Shown here one piece after another: positions 37,036-45,763 of a stretch of 64,000 bases of DNA (position 1 is its first letter; the number at the start of each line of letters is the position of its first letter). The DNA is from a virus (lineage: Duplodnaviria; Caudoviricetes), in the IMG/VR virus record IMGVR_UViG_3300046739_000039, positions 47,672-111,671 of that record. One strand, written 5' to 3'. Below the pieces are notes generated by a model, which made no database searches, was not told the DNA's origin, and saw nothing but the letters and a program-made list of their open reading frames with translations. Made by a program: the position numbers and the translations under genes.

Positions 37036-37165
37036 GACCGACTGTACCAATCCGGAAGGGCATGAGTACCTGGTCAACGGTCACGTTGCTAAGTGCCAGC
37101 ACAAGAAGTGCGGTAAGGTGCAGACGTACAACCCAGTTACTCGCAAGTGGGAAAACACGAAGTAA
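37025..37165 (+). CDS. 46-aa Cys/His micro-protein (not in track)
   Basis: GAAAGGG RBS; MGSKTDCTNPEGHEYLVNGHVAKCQHKKCGKVQTYNPVTRKWENTK. Confidence 0.5.
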   Translation: MGSKTDCTNPEGHEYLVNGHVAKCQHKKCGKVQTYNPVTRKWENTK

Positions 37166-37173
37166 GGAAATCG

Positions 37174-37506
37174 ATGGCTACTCTTAGAGATAGCCAGAGA
37201 CAGGAAAAGGCCCTCGCTAGGGAACTAGTGGGGGCCTCTGTCAATTCTGGCTCAGGTAACGGATGGATTAGAAAGGGAGATGTAAGAACGGAGGAAGAAC
37301 TGTTTGAACTGAAGATTACAGATGCCAAATCCTATTCCCTAAAGGATGCAGAGCTTGAGAAGCTAACCGGTCAAGCCCTGGTAGATGGACGTATGCCAGT
37401 CTTTATGGTAAAGTTCAAGACCACTGGCAACGAATGGGTAATCATGTCAAAGGATGATTATCTGACTCTTAGGGAAGAAGCTAATATTGGTTATGAAGTT
37501 ACGTAG
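37174..37506 (+). CDS. PD-(D/E)XK Holliday-junction resolvase-like nuclease
   Basis: SQRQEK.LA; SGSG.GW.RKGDV; FELK; AAGGA + ATG 37174. Confidence 0.7.
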   Translation: MATLRDSQRQEKALARELVGASVNSGSGNGWIRKGDVRTEEELFELKITDAKSYSLKDAELEKLTGQALVDGRMPVFMVKFKTTGNEWVIMSKDDYLTLREEANIGYEVT

Positions 37507-37837
37507 TGTTGCTCCGCAATGGTTCAATGATGATCCTAAGAAGACAGCCAAATGTGTATCATTTCCAGCCTCAGCGGAATATGATCCTTGGTATGGTGAA
37601 TCAGATGATCCCGAAGCTACTGACGATACAGAAGACGCGAAGAATATCTGCTTAGGTACGTATGATGGAAGACCGTGCCCATTACTTTCTAATTGCTTGG
37701 AATTCGCCTTAGTGAATAACGAACGATGGGGAGTATGGGGAGGCGCTACACCAGAAGAGCGTACGAAACTGCGAAAGGAAAGAAGAACTTGGCAACAATC
37801 AGCTCAGGATGGGGACCAAAACTCTCCGGAAATCTAG
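37493..37837 (+). CDS. WhiB-family Fe-S transcription factor
   Basis: AKC...AKNIC......RPCP....CLEFAL.NNERWGVWGGATPEER. Confidence 0.9.
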   Translation: MKLRSVAPQWFNDDPKKTAKCVSFPASAEYDPWYGESDDPEATDDTEDAKNICLGTYDGRPCPLLSNCLEFALVNNERWGVWGGATPEERTKLRKERRTWQQSAQDGDQNSPEI

Positions 37838-38784
37838 CCAACTACGCCAATGCTTCTAAGGGAACTCTCCTTATTGGCGACATTCAAGCCCACATGATTA
37901 AGGAAAGTGCTAAGCCATCCAACCGTAGGCAAGACATTGTGCACCCGTCTGAGACTGTCAAAGACTCCTGGTGTCCCCTGGCTACCTACTACCGGATTTT
38001 GGCCTGTAGAGAGGCAGACAACCCCTATCTCAAGCCTGCTGAGACGATCGCTCCCCAGCTTCTGAACATCTTTGACGAAGGACACTACATCCACGACAAG
38101 TGGCAGAAGAGACTAAGGGACATGGGAGACCTTTGGGGAAACTGGCAGTGTCAGGAGTGTGAATGGGTTTTTAAGGATCAACTATACCCCGGAGTGTGTT
38201 CGTCCTGTGGCAGTATCCACCTCATTTACAGAGAAGTACCGTTGCGCTATAATCCTCTGAAGATCTCAGGTCATGCCGATGGAGCTATTCCACGTCTTAA
38301 TGCACTTATTGAGATTAAGTCCGTTGGCGCTGGAACCGTTAGAATAGAAGCACCTGACGTCTATAACAAGAACACCAATGGTAGTTCCATAGACTTTCAG
38401 GGCCTCTGGAAAGACATTAAGGAACCGTTTCCTTCTCATATCCGTCAGGGTCAGCTCTATCTGGCACTAAGTGAGAAGATTGGGCTTCCTTATGATCAAA
38501 TTATCTTTATTTATGAAGCCAAATTTAATCAGGGCGTAAAAGAGTTCGTTGTAAAGTACGATCCTGAAGTGTCCAAGAGCACTTTGCTTAGGTGTTCTGA
38601 TATTGTCGCTGCTCTGGATCTGAATGGTCCTCTTCCGGAGTGTCCTACTGGTACGTGTAAAGATTGTGAGAAATATGGCGCGCAGAAATCCGATTCAGAG
38701 CGGTTGGTTAGAGAACACAACTCTGAGAGAAAAGCCATCAGACGACCAACCGGTACTTCCACCAGGATTGTCAGATCTTCCTGA
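37789..38784 (+). CDS. Cas4-like PD-(D/E)XK exonuclease
   Basis: HPS......C; IFDEGHYIH; ISGHADG; IEIKS; H.RQ.QLY; C-terminal C...C..C; GAAAGGA + TTG 37789. Confidence 0.8.
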   Translation: MATISSGWGPKLSGNLANYANASKGTLLIGDIQAHMIKESAKPSNRRQDIVHPSETVKDSWCPLATYYRILACREADNPYLKPAETIAPQLLNIFDEGHYIHDKWQKRLRDMGDLWGNWQCQECEWVFKDQLYPGVCSSCGSIHLIYREVPLRYNPLKISGHADGAIPRLNALIEIKSVGAGTVRIEAPDVYNKNTNGSSIDFQGLWKDIKEPFPSHIRQGQLYLALSEKIGLPYDQIIFIYEAKFNQGVKEFVVKYDPEVSKSTLLRCSDIVAALDLNGPLPECPTGTCKDCEKYGAQKSDSERLVREHNSERKAIRRPTGTSTRIVRSS

Positions 38785-39142
38785 CGATATGCTGATGGAT
38801 CTGCTGGTTGACTTCACCAACTGGACAGGCTACGCTGGTTATCAGGTAGCTTTGAATGAGATTGCGGAACGAAAGGCTGAAAGAACTCTTCAGCGCGTAT
38901 TCGACCGCTATAGTATTGTGCATAAGAAGGAAAAGACCGTTGCAGCTACAAAGGCTATGGTTCAACAGGAAGAGGAGTACCTTGATGCTGAGGATGCTGT
39001 TGAGCTAGCGTACGCTATAACGAAACTCTCAAAATCGGAATATACCCACCTAGAGGCGGCGAGTAAGGTAGTATCCAGAGAGCTGTCCAGAAGGATTTCC
39101 AGACGTGATCTGGATAACCGTGCCGACAAGTATTCTACGTAG
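38675..39142 (+). CDS. Helical protein, possible UvsY-like recombination mediator
   Basis: Coiled-coil; TVA..KA......Y..A; SRELSRR; near recA and nucleases. Confidence 0.35.
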   Translation: MARRNPIQSGWLENTTLREKPSDDQPVLPPGLSDLPDDMLMDLLVDFTNWTGYAGYQVALNEIAERKAERTLQRVFDRYSIVHKKEKTVAATKAMVQQEEEYLDAEDAVELAYAITKLSKSEYTHLEAASKVVSRELSRRISRRDLDNRADKYST

Positions 39143-39149
39143 GTGAAAT

Positions 39150-39587
39150 ATGACTGTTTTAAGAGGACAGTATTATCAGTACAGATTATTACCTGATCAG
39201 TTTTATCAGGTAATTCGTGTTTATAGTCCCGTTAAGATACAAATGCTAGAACTGACATACCGTTTTTCGATTATTAGAACAGAGACTCAGATAGACGATA
39301 ATTTCACGCTATTGACGTCTGTGCCTGAAAATCGAATTCACGGTACTGCCTATATGCCCCACTTCCAAATGGGGTTGGCCAGTATCTTGACAGGGGACTT
39401 CCTCTCAGGTAGAGTCGACTCATACCACCAGGCGACTAAAACCAAGGCGTTCGCACCAACTTATCTGCGGGTGCGTTCGGCCAACCATGCTATGGTGACC
39501 CAAGCCGGGTTAATTAACCCGCTGATCCTAGGAGGAAACCTTGCCACGCAAGGGAGAGTTGTACAAGCACACGCAGATCAAGGATGA
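39150..39587 (+). CDS. Hypothetical protein; only the first ~60 codons look coding
   Basis: N-terminus resembles the 39541 ORF; distal part overlaps a promoter and structured leader. Confidence 0.4.
   Translation: MTVLRGQYYQYRLLPDQFYQVIRVYSPVKIQMLELTYRFSIIRTETQIDDNFTLLTSVPENRIHGTAYMPHFQMGLASILTGDFLSGRVDSYHQATKTKAFAPTYLRVRSANHAMVTQAGLINPLILGGNLATQGRVVQAHADQG
39387..39415 (+). promoter_or_regulatory. Housekeeping-sigma promoter
   Basis: TTGACA-N17-TAGAGT. Confidence 0.65.
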
Positions 39588-39711
39588 TCTGTATATGGTT
39601 GATAGGGTTGACGAAGTAGACCGCAAGGTCTATCTTAAGAACATCAAGGGGCGGAAAGAAAGCTTCTCGGTAAATCTTGACAACTTTGCCAACAGCTACG
39701 AAAGGGTCTAA
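39541..39711 (+). CDS. 56-aa hypothetical protein (not in track)
   Basis: AGGAGG + TTG; MPRKGELYKHTQIKDDLYMVDRVDEVDRKVYLKNIKGRKESFSVNLDNFANSYERV. Confidence 0.65.
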   Translation: MPRKGELYKHTQIKDDLYMVDRVDEVDRKVYLKNIKGRKESFSVNLDNFANSYERV

Positions 39712-39712
39712 A

Positions 39713-40066
39713 GTGCACATCGAATACTTCAACGTCGCAGAAGACATGCCCGGCATTATTGAGAAGCGTGGTCGTGACTTTGTTTACGAGGCGCCTCAGG
39801 GCTCTGGGGGGGTCTGTCAGTACGTCTGGAAGGGTGCCCCCAGTTGTATGATTGGGGTCTACCTGGTAGATCTCGGTCTTCCTCTAGAAGCCTTCCAGTC
39901 CGTAAGTGCCATGGATGTTTATGATCTGTTCGCTGACGGACGTCTTGACGAGTGGGGTTTTACTGCTGCGCCTGAAGCTATTCTGGCTATGGGTCAGCTT
40001 CAGCAGCTTCAGGATAATGGTTATGCCTGGGGCGATGCTTACGACCGAACATTTGATACCGAATAA
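39713..40066 (+). CDS. Hypothetical protein
   Basis: GAAAGGG + GTG 39713; G.DFVY; C.Y...G.PSC.IG; Q..QD.G..WG.A. Confidence 0.65.
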   Translation: MHIEYFNVAEDMPGIIEKRGRDFVYEAPQGSGGVCQYVWKGAPSCMIGVYLVDLGLPLEAFQSVSAMDVYDLFADGRLDEWGFTAAPEAILAMGQLQQLQDNGYAWGDAYDRTFDTE

Positions 40067-40081
40067 TAATAAGGAAATGAT

Positions 40082-40783
40082 TTGAAGATTACACTCCTAG
40101 CCGCTACGACTTATTATGGCGGAGTGGAATCTGTCAAGGATACAGACTGGCATGAGTTCGATTCGCACTCTTATGCTGTGAGTGACGCAGACCGCCTGGC
40201 ACATTTTGCCGGGCGGTCTTGCTATCAGTCGTGGCATATGCCTAATCCTGACACTTCCACTGACGTAGGGTATATGGCCAATATTATCGAACAAGGCCAT
40301 TTCTCAGTAATAGAACACGCTAGTGCTACCTTCTATGTTGAAGGTGTCAGCCGCAATATGACTCATGAGTTGATTCGGCACCGACACCTGAGCTATAGTG
40401 AGCTGTCACAGCGTTTTGTGAATATGGAAGATAGCCACCTTATCGTTCCTCCAGCCATGCGTGAACAAGGTGGTCCCGATTCTCTGCCCTTGACCATGGA
40501 GAGCGGCTGGTCTAAGTTATACCCTGCGGTTGTAAAGCATCTACTTGATAAGGGTAAGACCCGCAAGCAGGCTAGAGAAGCTGCTAGGTTCTACTTGCCA
40601 AGCGGCACTGAAACGCGTATTGTCGTTACTGGAAACCACAGAGCATGGCGTGATATGCTCCACAAGCGCTACAGTGTCCACGCGGATGCAGAGATCAGGG
40701 AGTTTGCGACGCTAGTTCTTGCGGAACTACGCAAGATTGCTCCCGCCTCATATCAGGATTTTCCAGAAACACCTTTTAATTAG
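40082..40783 (+). CDS. thyX: Flavin-dependent thymidylate synthase
   Basis: AGR.CY.S; GH.SV.EH; SR...HELIRHRHLSYSELSQRFV; RKQAREAAR..LP; HADAEIR. Confidence 0.95.
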   Translation: MKITLLAATTYYGGVESVKDTDWHEFDSHSYAVSDADRLAHFAGRSCYQSWHMPNPDTSTDVGYMANIIEQGHFSVIEHASATFYVEGVSRNMTHELIRHRHLSYSELSQRFVNMEDSHLIVPPAMREQGGPDSLPLTMESGWSKLYPAVVKHLLDKGKTRKQAREAARFYLPSGTETRIVVTGNHRAWRDMLHKRYSVHADAEIREFATLVLAELRKIAPASYQDFPETPFN

Positions 40784-40791
40784 GAGATTCA

Positions 40792-41154
40792 TTGATTCCC
40801 GAACTGCCAAAACTTAAGTACGAAGTTTCTTATGCCGTCGAGTGCCGTGAGCTTGATAAGTTCGTGGCTATTTACCTTGAACCCTACGGTCTAACGTGGC
40901 GGGCACTTGACACAGGTTACGACGGGTACCACAATGATAGTTACGTAAGCGCAAAAGTTGAAGTTGGTCTTACGATTGAGGATGATCTTGACCAGGACTT
41001 TGATCGCTGGCTTCAAGGAGAGTACTTCTATGCTCCTGAAGATGGCGACATTCGTTACTGGGACAAGAACCCTGGAATTCAGCATATTCTGCAATGGCTG
41101 TGCAATATGGCCGTAATCCCCGAAGGAAGGTATGTGGTGGAACTCTGGTGGTAA
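40792..41154 (+). CDS. Hypothetical protein
   Basis: AGGAG + TTG; C-terminal IPEGRYVVELWW. Confidence 0.65.
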   Translation: MIPELPKLKYEVSYAVECRELDKFVAIYLEPYGLTWRALDTGYDGYHNDSYVSAKVEVGLTIEDDLDQDFDRWLQGEYFYAPEDGDIRYWDKNPGIQHILQWLCNMAVIPEGRYVVELWW

Positions 41155-41375
41155 CTGAATTCTGGACAGTACGAGACTTTATTGAAGCTCTACAGGAGTT
41201 TCCTTCCGATACGCCAGTGATTCTCTCCACTGATGCAGAGGGGAATGAACTTCGCATGGTAAACGGTGTAGGAATGCGCTACGTTGCAGAACTTCAGCAT
41301 CGCTTCATGGACGGTATTCATGAAGACGATCTAGAAGATTACGATACTTGGGTACTAACAACGGAGGTTTGGTAA
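41148..41375 (+). CDS. Hypothetical protein
   Basis: TV.D.IEALQ.FP.D.PV.LS.DAEGN. Confidence 0.6.
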   Translation: MVTEFWTVRDFIEALQEFPSDTPVILSTDAEGNELRMVNGVGMRYVAELQHRFMDGIHEDDLEDYDTWVLTTEVW

Positions 41376-41581
41376 TGGCTTTGCCAGAAACGTACTATGC
41401 TGTTCATACTGTAGATGGGTCTCTTCCGGAGTCATCTGAGTGGTATAGCGATATTGACACCGCTAAGCGGGATGCTGTAGAAATGGCGGAGGATGACGCG
41501 CATGAGCCGTACGCGGTCTCTGAGGTCATGGTTCGACCGTTGTACCGTACTGAACTCACTGTCACGCTGGAAAAGCTGTAA
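41375..41581 (+). CDS. Hypothetical protein
   Basis: GGAGG RBS; TAATG coupling. Confidence 0.6.
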   Translation: MALPETYYAVHTVDGSLPESSEWYSDIDTAKRDAVEMAEDDAHEPYAVSEVMVRPLYRTELTVTLEKL

Positions 41582-41592
41582 GGAGCTTATTA

Positions 41593-41799
41593 ATGGAAAT
41601 GAAGACTGAGGCTGGTCCGGTTACCTGGATGAAGGCTAAGTACTCTTGTCCTAAGACCCGTGGTCGTTACGCTGGTGGAGCCCACAATGGTCCGCCTAAG
41701 AAGCGTAAGAAGACAGGTAGCAAGATCAAGCCGACTCAGAAGCGCGTGATGATTCTTCAGGCCAGTGGCAAGGTTGCGTGGGACTGGCAGAGCGTGTAA
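41593..41799 (+). CDS. Small basic hypothetical protein
   Basis: AAGGAG RBS. Confidence 0.55.
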   Translation: MEMKTEAGPVTWMKAKYSCPKTRGRYAGGAHNGPPKKRKKTGSKIKPTQKRVMILQASGKVAWDWQSV

Positions 41800-41840
41800 G
41801 GTAGTACCTACCAACACAGACCAACGAGGGGAACAAGACA

Positions 41841-42071
41841 GTGGGACTCTGGAAGAACCGCGAGGACAAGCCCGCTACGACAGGTGATGCGAAGCACGCT
41901 AAGCCTAATGACAAGGTAAAGCCTCTTCCGATCTCTAAGGAAGAGCAGCTTAAGCGGGATGTCGAGCTTATTGACAACGCTTACAAAAAGGGCGAGAACG
42001 TCACTCACCCCGGTATTCAGGCGAATGAAAACCTAAAGGGTACTGGTAAGCGCAAGAAGCCGAAGAAGTAA
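41841..42071 (+). CDS. Small basic hypothetical protein
   Basis: GAGGGG + GTG. Confidence 0.55.
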   Translation: MGLWKNREDKPATTGDAKHAKPNDKVKPLPISKEEQLKRDVELIDNAYKKGENVTHPGIQANENLKGTGKRKKPKK

Positions 42072-42079
42072 AACAAACT

Positions 42080-42115
42080 AAAGGGCCCTCATCTAACAAG
42101 GTGGGGGCCCTTTCT
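42080..42115 (+). terminator. Intrinsic terminator
   Basis: AAAGGGCCCTCA...TGGGGGCCCTTT CT. Confidence 0.55.
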
Positions 42116-42129
42116 AGGTAGGAGAATAA

Positions 42130-42351
42130 ATGTTGCATTCAGTAAACGTCGACCACGATCAAGACGTATTCGTATTCTGGCTCGATGGTAAGACAGGTAT
42201 TACTATGAAGATGACTCCTGAGGAAGCCATTCAGATTGGTGAAATTGGGGAAATGGCAAAGCTCCGTAAACTGGCTGCTAAATACGTAGAGGAAGAATAT
42301 GATTCACGTAGTATTGACGGGATCGCGGGATTGGCCGATTCAGAAAGCTAA
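42130..42351 (+). CDS. Hypothetical protein
   Basis: AGGAG RBS. Confidence 0.6.
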   Translation: MLHSVNVDHDQDVFVFWLDGKTGITMKMTPEEAIQIGEIGEMAKLRKLAAKYVEEEYDSRSIDGIAGLADSES

Positions 42352-42691
42352 TCTGATCTGGGAAGCACTTGAGCGTATATACGAGGAAATCAATTGGGGT
42401 TTTAGCGTAAAGCAGCGAGTCACGTTCCATCAAGGTGAGTGTCCTTATGGTGGAGCAGACCTGATCGGCGCTTCATGGGCACACGGAGCAGGTTGGACAG
42501 TACTTCCTCACCCACCCATCAAACAGGCTGCATGGGCGTACGCCAAGCGCAATCAGGAGATGATTGACCTGAACCCTGACTACGTGGTAGCCTGCTTCCT
42601 AGAAGGCGCGGGTAACCGTGGAACGCAGATGACATTCGACATGGCCGTAACGGCTGGACTAGAGGATAGGATTAGGGTGGTACGAGGATGA
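42299..42691 (+). CDS. SLOG-superfamily (DUF2493/YspA-like) protein
   Basis: VVLTGSRDW; G.CPYGGAD; RNQEMID; GNRGT. Confidence 0.75.
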   Translation: MIHVVLTGSRDWPIQKANLIWEALERIYEEINWGFSVKQRVTFHQGECPYGGADLIGASWAHGAGWTVLPHPPIKQAAWAYAKRNQEMIDLNPDYVVACFLEGAGNRGTQMTFDMAVTAGLEDRIRVVRG

Positions 42692-42942
42692 CTATTACCG
42701 ATCGAATTAACGCGGCACTGGTTAAGTTCCTGAAGGCACAGTTCGCTATTACGGCGGTAACAGCTAAGCTTGACGAGTCGATTATGGACACGGATGGCTG
42801 TAGCTGTTGCCACTCAGCCTCGCTGTCTTTCGATATCGCGTACAAGACTTCTGCCACTCAGAAGGGCTGGCAGTTCCAGGGAGTTTCTGGAGACGTCATT
42901 GAGTTTCTTCCTCAGCTTGACGAGTACGATACGGAAGACTAA
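42688..42942 (+). CDS. Hypothetical protein
   Basis: ATGA coupling. Confidence 0.55.
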   Translation: MTITDRINAALVKFLKAQFAITAVTAKLDESIMDTDGCSCCHSASLSFDIAYKTSATQKGWQFQGVSGDVIEFLPQLDEYDTED

Positions 42943-43042
42943 TGTTACTTTGTAGATGTATGCAGGCACATGCGGTCATCAAATGGTGGCCGTACTGTTC
43001 TGAAGTCTGCTGGAATTTCTGGAATAAAACGAAAGGCAGGAA

Positions 43043-43318
43043 ATGACGCGAGTTGTATACGCGCAGGAGTGGGAAGAGTCAGAGCTTGGCTGGGGAACCA
43101 GCCATGATGGTTATAGTCTGCATCCGTCCCCTGATGTGGCTCTGGAGTACATTCAGGCTCACTGGGATAAGCAGCCTAAGGGTTATGTACCGGAGTTTTA
43201 CTCCCGTAACGTGGGCGTTCCCAAGCCTGTAGAAGTCAGCGACGAATTGGCAGAGAAGGTTCTCAGCGCTGAGAACCAGACAGTGAGACACTACGGTAGG
43301 AAGCCAAGTGACATCTGA
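43043..43318 (+). CDS. Hypothetical protein
   Basis: GAAAGG RBS; W.ESE.GWG...DGYSLH; VP..YSR. Confidence 0.7.
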   Translation: MTRVVYAQEWEESELGWGTSHDGYSLHPSPDVALEYIQAHWDKQPKGYVPEFYSRNVGVPKPVEVSDELAEKVLSAENQTVRHYGRKPSDI

Positions 43319-43805
43319 TTTAGGACCACTCAAGCCCGAGGCTCTGTTTATAGGAATCGATCAGTCCTATACAGGCTTCGGGCTTGTAGTGTTAGACGAT
43401 AAGGGCCATTGCCATCAGAAAAGCCTATTGAAATACCCTTTGAACAAATTCAAGGATGAAGGAGCAAGACTCGTAAAGATATACGATGACTTGATTACTT
43501 TCTTTGCCATTCATGGTAATTCAGGGGCTGAGATACACATAGGAATGGAGGGCTATGCATATGGAGCCAAGCTCAACAGGGAAAAGCTCGGAGAACTCGG
43601 AGGAGTCGTTAAACTCGTCTCAAATCTCGTGCTTGGACGTACCCCTGACATTATTGCTCCAACTGCTCTCAAAAGCTTCGTGGCAGGATCAGGAAAAGCT
43701 AGCAAGGAAGATATGGTCTCAGCAGTCCAGCAATTAGATCCTGAGATTACAGACCATAATCTAGCTGATGCCTACGGAATAGCCTTCATGCTATACTCAA
43801 GTTAG
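43308..43805 (+). CDS. ruvC: RuvC-like Holliday junction resolvase
   Basis: IGIDQS...FG; MEGY; LGELGG; P..LK.F..G.G.ASK; ADAYG. Confidence 0.85.
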   Translation: MTSDLGPLKPEALFIGIDQSYTGFGLVVLDDKGHCHQKSLLKYPLNKFKDEGARLVKIYDDLITFFAIHGNSGAEIHIGMEGYAYGAKLNREKLGELGGVVKLVSNLVLGRTPDIIAPTALKSFVAGSGKASKEDMVSAVQQLDPEITDHNLADAYGIAFMLYSS

Positions 43806-43832
43806 CAACTCCTCCTTTGCTATCTCCCTTAT

Positions 43833-43873
43833 AAGAGACCTATACCTGATTATTGGGTATAGGTCTCTTTTTT
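43833..43873 (+). terminator. Intrinsic terminator
   Basis: AAGAGACCTATACC...GGTATAGGTCTCTTTTTT. Confidence 0.75.
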
Positions 43874-43920
43874 ATCTGTATAATCAGTAGGAGACATGAA
43901 CTACAAACCTGGAGAAAAAT

Positions 43921-44205
43921 ATGGTAGACAACTTGAACCCTAATGAGGTTCTTCTGAAAGTGAAGTCCGCATCTTCCGCCGCATCCCTTGCAGCAGCTAT
44001 TGCTAATAATGTCTATGCCAATAAGGATATTACTCTTCGCGCTATTGGAGCAGCAGCGGTAAATCAGTCAATGAAGGCTGTAGCTATTGCCCAATCCTAT
44101 GTTGGTCCCAGAGGGTATGTATTATCCTGCCGTCCCGGTTTCGCCACTGTGACTATGGATGACGGAGAGATTAGCGCGCTCATTTTCAAAATAATCGTTT
44201 CGTAA
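43921..44205 (+). CDS. spoVS: SpoVS-family protein
   Basis: LKV...S....LA.AIA.........LRAIGAAAVNQ..KAVAIA..Y..P.G..L.C.PGF....D.GEISA..F. Confidence 0.9.
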   Translation: MVDNLNPNEVLLKVKSASSAASLAAAIANNVYANKDITLRAIGAAAVNQSMKAVAIAQSYVGPRGYVLSCRPGFATVTMDDGEISALIFKIIVS

Positions 44206-44223
44206 GCAAAGGGAGAGTCCCGA

Positions 44224-44463
44224 ATGCCAGCACAATCAGTGGACAACAGTAGTCCACAATCCAGATCTGCTGAGTTCTCCTCAGGAGCAACGGGCCTGAC
44301 AGGGCAGGGCTCAACTCGCGTTGTTCAGCAGATGCATCCTGATCAGCTATCGTCAACACCTTACAAGCCCACTTCCGTACTCTCACCTCTTGGTGGCAGT
44401 GGAATTGGGCAGAGTGCCGCTACTTATCAGCAAAACCGCGCCCTGAGTTTTTATCGTTCTTAA
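44224..44463 (+). CDS. Small S/G/Q-rich hypothetical protein
   Basis: GGGAG RBS. Confidence 0.55.
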   Translation: MPAQSVDNSSPQSRSAEFSSGATGLTGQGSTRVVQQMHPDQLSSTPYKPTSVLSPLGGSGIGQSAATYQQNRALSFYRS

Positions 44464-44475
44464 TAAGGAGAAGTT

Positions 44476-44796
44476 ATGTCCGAAGAAATTGGCACAGGAA
44501 GTCGCCCTACAATGGGGACTGAAGCCGCCAACCTGTCACGTGTCGGCAAGGCCGAGCGTGGACGTTTGCGCCCCAAGGGTGGAGCGGGTAAGAATGGCAA
44601 CGCCCTTCAAGGGCCTACAGGGCACCGTAAGGCGTCCTTTGAGAAGATGGGGGCAACCCTGCACCCTACCGCTACGCTGTACGCTCAGAACGCCGCTGAG
44701 GCGAGTGAGATTTGCAAGAGAGTCGTTATGATGCCGTCTCGCAACTCCTGGACAGATTCATTCCGTGCAAAGGCTAAGTACGGTCGTACTATGTAA
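44476..44796 (+). CDS. Basic hypothetical protein
   Basis: AAGGAG RBS. Confidence 0.6.
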   Translation: MSEEIGTGSRPTMGTEAANLSRVGKAERGRLRPKGGAGKNGNALQGPTGHRKASFEKMGATLHPTATLYAQNAAEASEICKRVVMMPSRNSWTDSFRAKAKYGRTM

Positions 44797-44811
44797 GAAA
44801 GGCAATCGCCA

Positions 44812-45192
44812 ATGACATTAAATAAGCACCCAGCTAACATCGCCAGATTTGAAAAAGAGTCGTGGGTAGATAAGTTACCCGATGCCTTAACGGATGCCAT
44901 TGGCAAATTGTCTTTTATATCATGGGCTTCCGTGGTGGTGGTATTCTGGATTTTCTGGAATACACTTATGCCGCATGGTATGCGATTTGATCCATTCCCC
45001 TTTGTATTCTTGAATCTAGCGTTCAGTGCTTTTGCGTTCTATAGTGCGCCACTGATTCTTATGAGTCAGAATAGACAGAGCGAGCATGACCGCACCAGAG
45101 CAGAGGAGGACTTGAAGACCGATAAGCGCACATTGGCCATTCAAGAACGAATCGCTTCACATCTGGCTATTGATGTAGCCGATATAGAATAG
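44812..45192 (+). CDS. DUF1003-family membrane protein
   Basis: FDPFPFVFLNL.FS..A.YSAPLILMSQNRQ...DR.RAE.D. Confidence 0.85.
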   Translation: MTLNKHPANIARFEKESWVDKLPDALTDAIGKLSFISWASVVVVFWIFWNTLMPHGMRFDPFPFVFLNLAFSAFAFYSAPLILMSQNRQSEHDRTRAEEDLKTDKRTLAIQERIASHLAIDVADIE

Positions 45193-45199
45193 AGGAATT

Positions 45200-45763
45200 A
45201 TGCCTAGTTCAGTTGCCGGTTTGAATAACGTCAGCTACAATCCACCTGTAGGACAGCAAGGTTCTGTCACGCAGTATGGTGGAGGCGGAGGAATGCCTAT
45301 CTCTGGCTTCCGTTCTATCCTTGATGCTAAGCTAGCCGCAGCTACAGGCAAGACTCCAGAAGCACAATATCCTGATGGTTACCTAGGTTCCGTTGTAGAC
45401 AGACGTCAGGATAAGCTTCTACAAACTGTTCGAAACAATGCCCGTAGCTATACCCGAGGAGTACACAAGGGTTCACGAGTATCACCTAACGATTACTTCT
45501 GGCCCGATGACTTTACTCCCTATTCTTCATTAGAACGAAGAATGGCAGGAGATAAGAAGAAGTATTCTGCTTCTGGTAGTCCTATCGAGCGCCTAGCGCA
45601 TGGTGGTAAATACCTGACAAATGAGGAAGCAAAGCAATTTGCTCAAGAATTGAATATTGCTGTAGATCCTCAGATGAAGGTGGTTACTCCAGAGGTAAGA
45701 GCCTTCCACGCTAAGTTCAATCTTCCAGGATGGTCCGCCACATCCAATGGAATGAGCGTGTAA
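45200..45763 (+). CDS. Hypothetical protein
   Basis: TPEAQYPDGYLG....RRQDKL....RSY.RGVHKG.R....YFWP. Confidence 0.7.
   Translation: MPSSVAGLNNVSYNPPVGQQGSVTQYGGGGGMPISGFRSILDAKLAAATGKTPEAQYPDGYLGSVVDRRQDKLLQTVRNNARSYTRGVHKGSRVSPNDYFWPDDFTPYSSLERRMAGDKKKYSASGSPIERLAHGGKYLTNEEAKQFAQELNIAVDPQMKVVTPEVRAFHAKFNLPGWSATSNGMSV

Noticed and set aside
37789-38784. CRISPR-Cas system suggested by the Cas4-like nuclease
   Set aside because: No repeat-spacer array or other cas genes; solo Cas4-like nucleases are common in phage recombination modules.
39422-39486. tRNA-like element (GTTCG..., ends in ACCA)
   Set aside because: No paired T-arm or 7-bp acceptor stem; no convincing tRNA gene seen anywhere in the window.
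42942-43046. 34-aa Cys-rich ORF (MLLCRC...YCSEVC) filling a gap
   Set aside because: It overlaps both neighbours neatly but is too short and has a weak RBS, so it is not listed as a feature.
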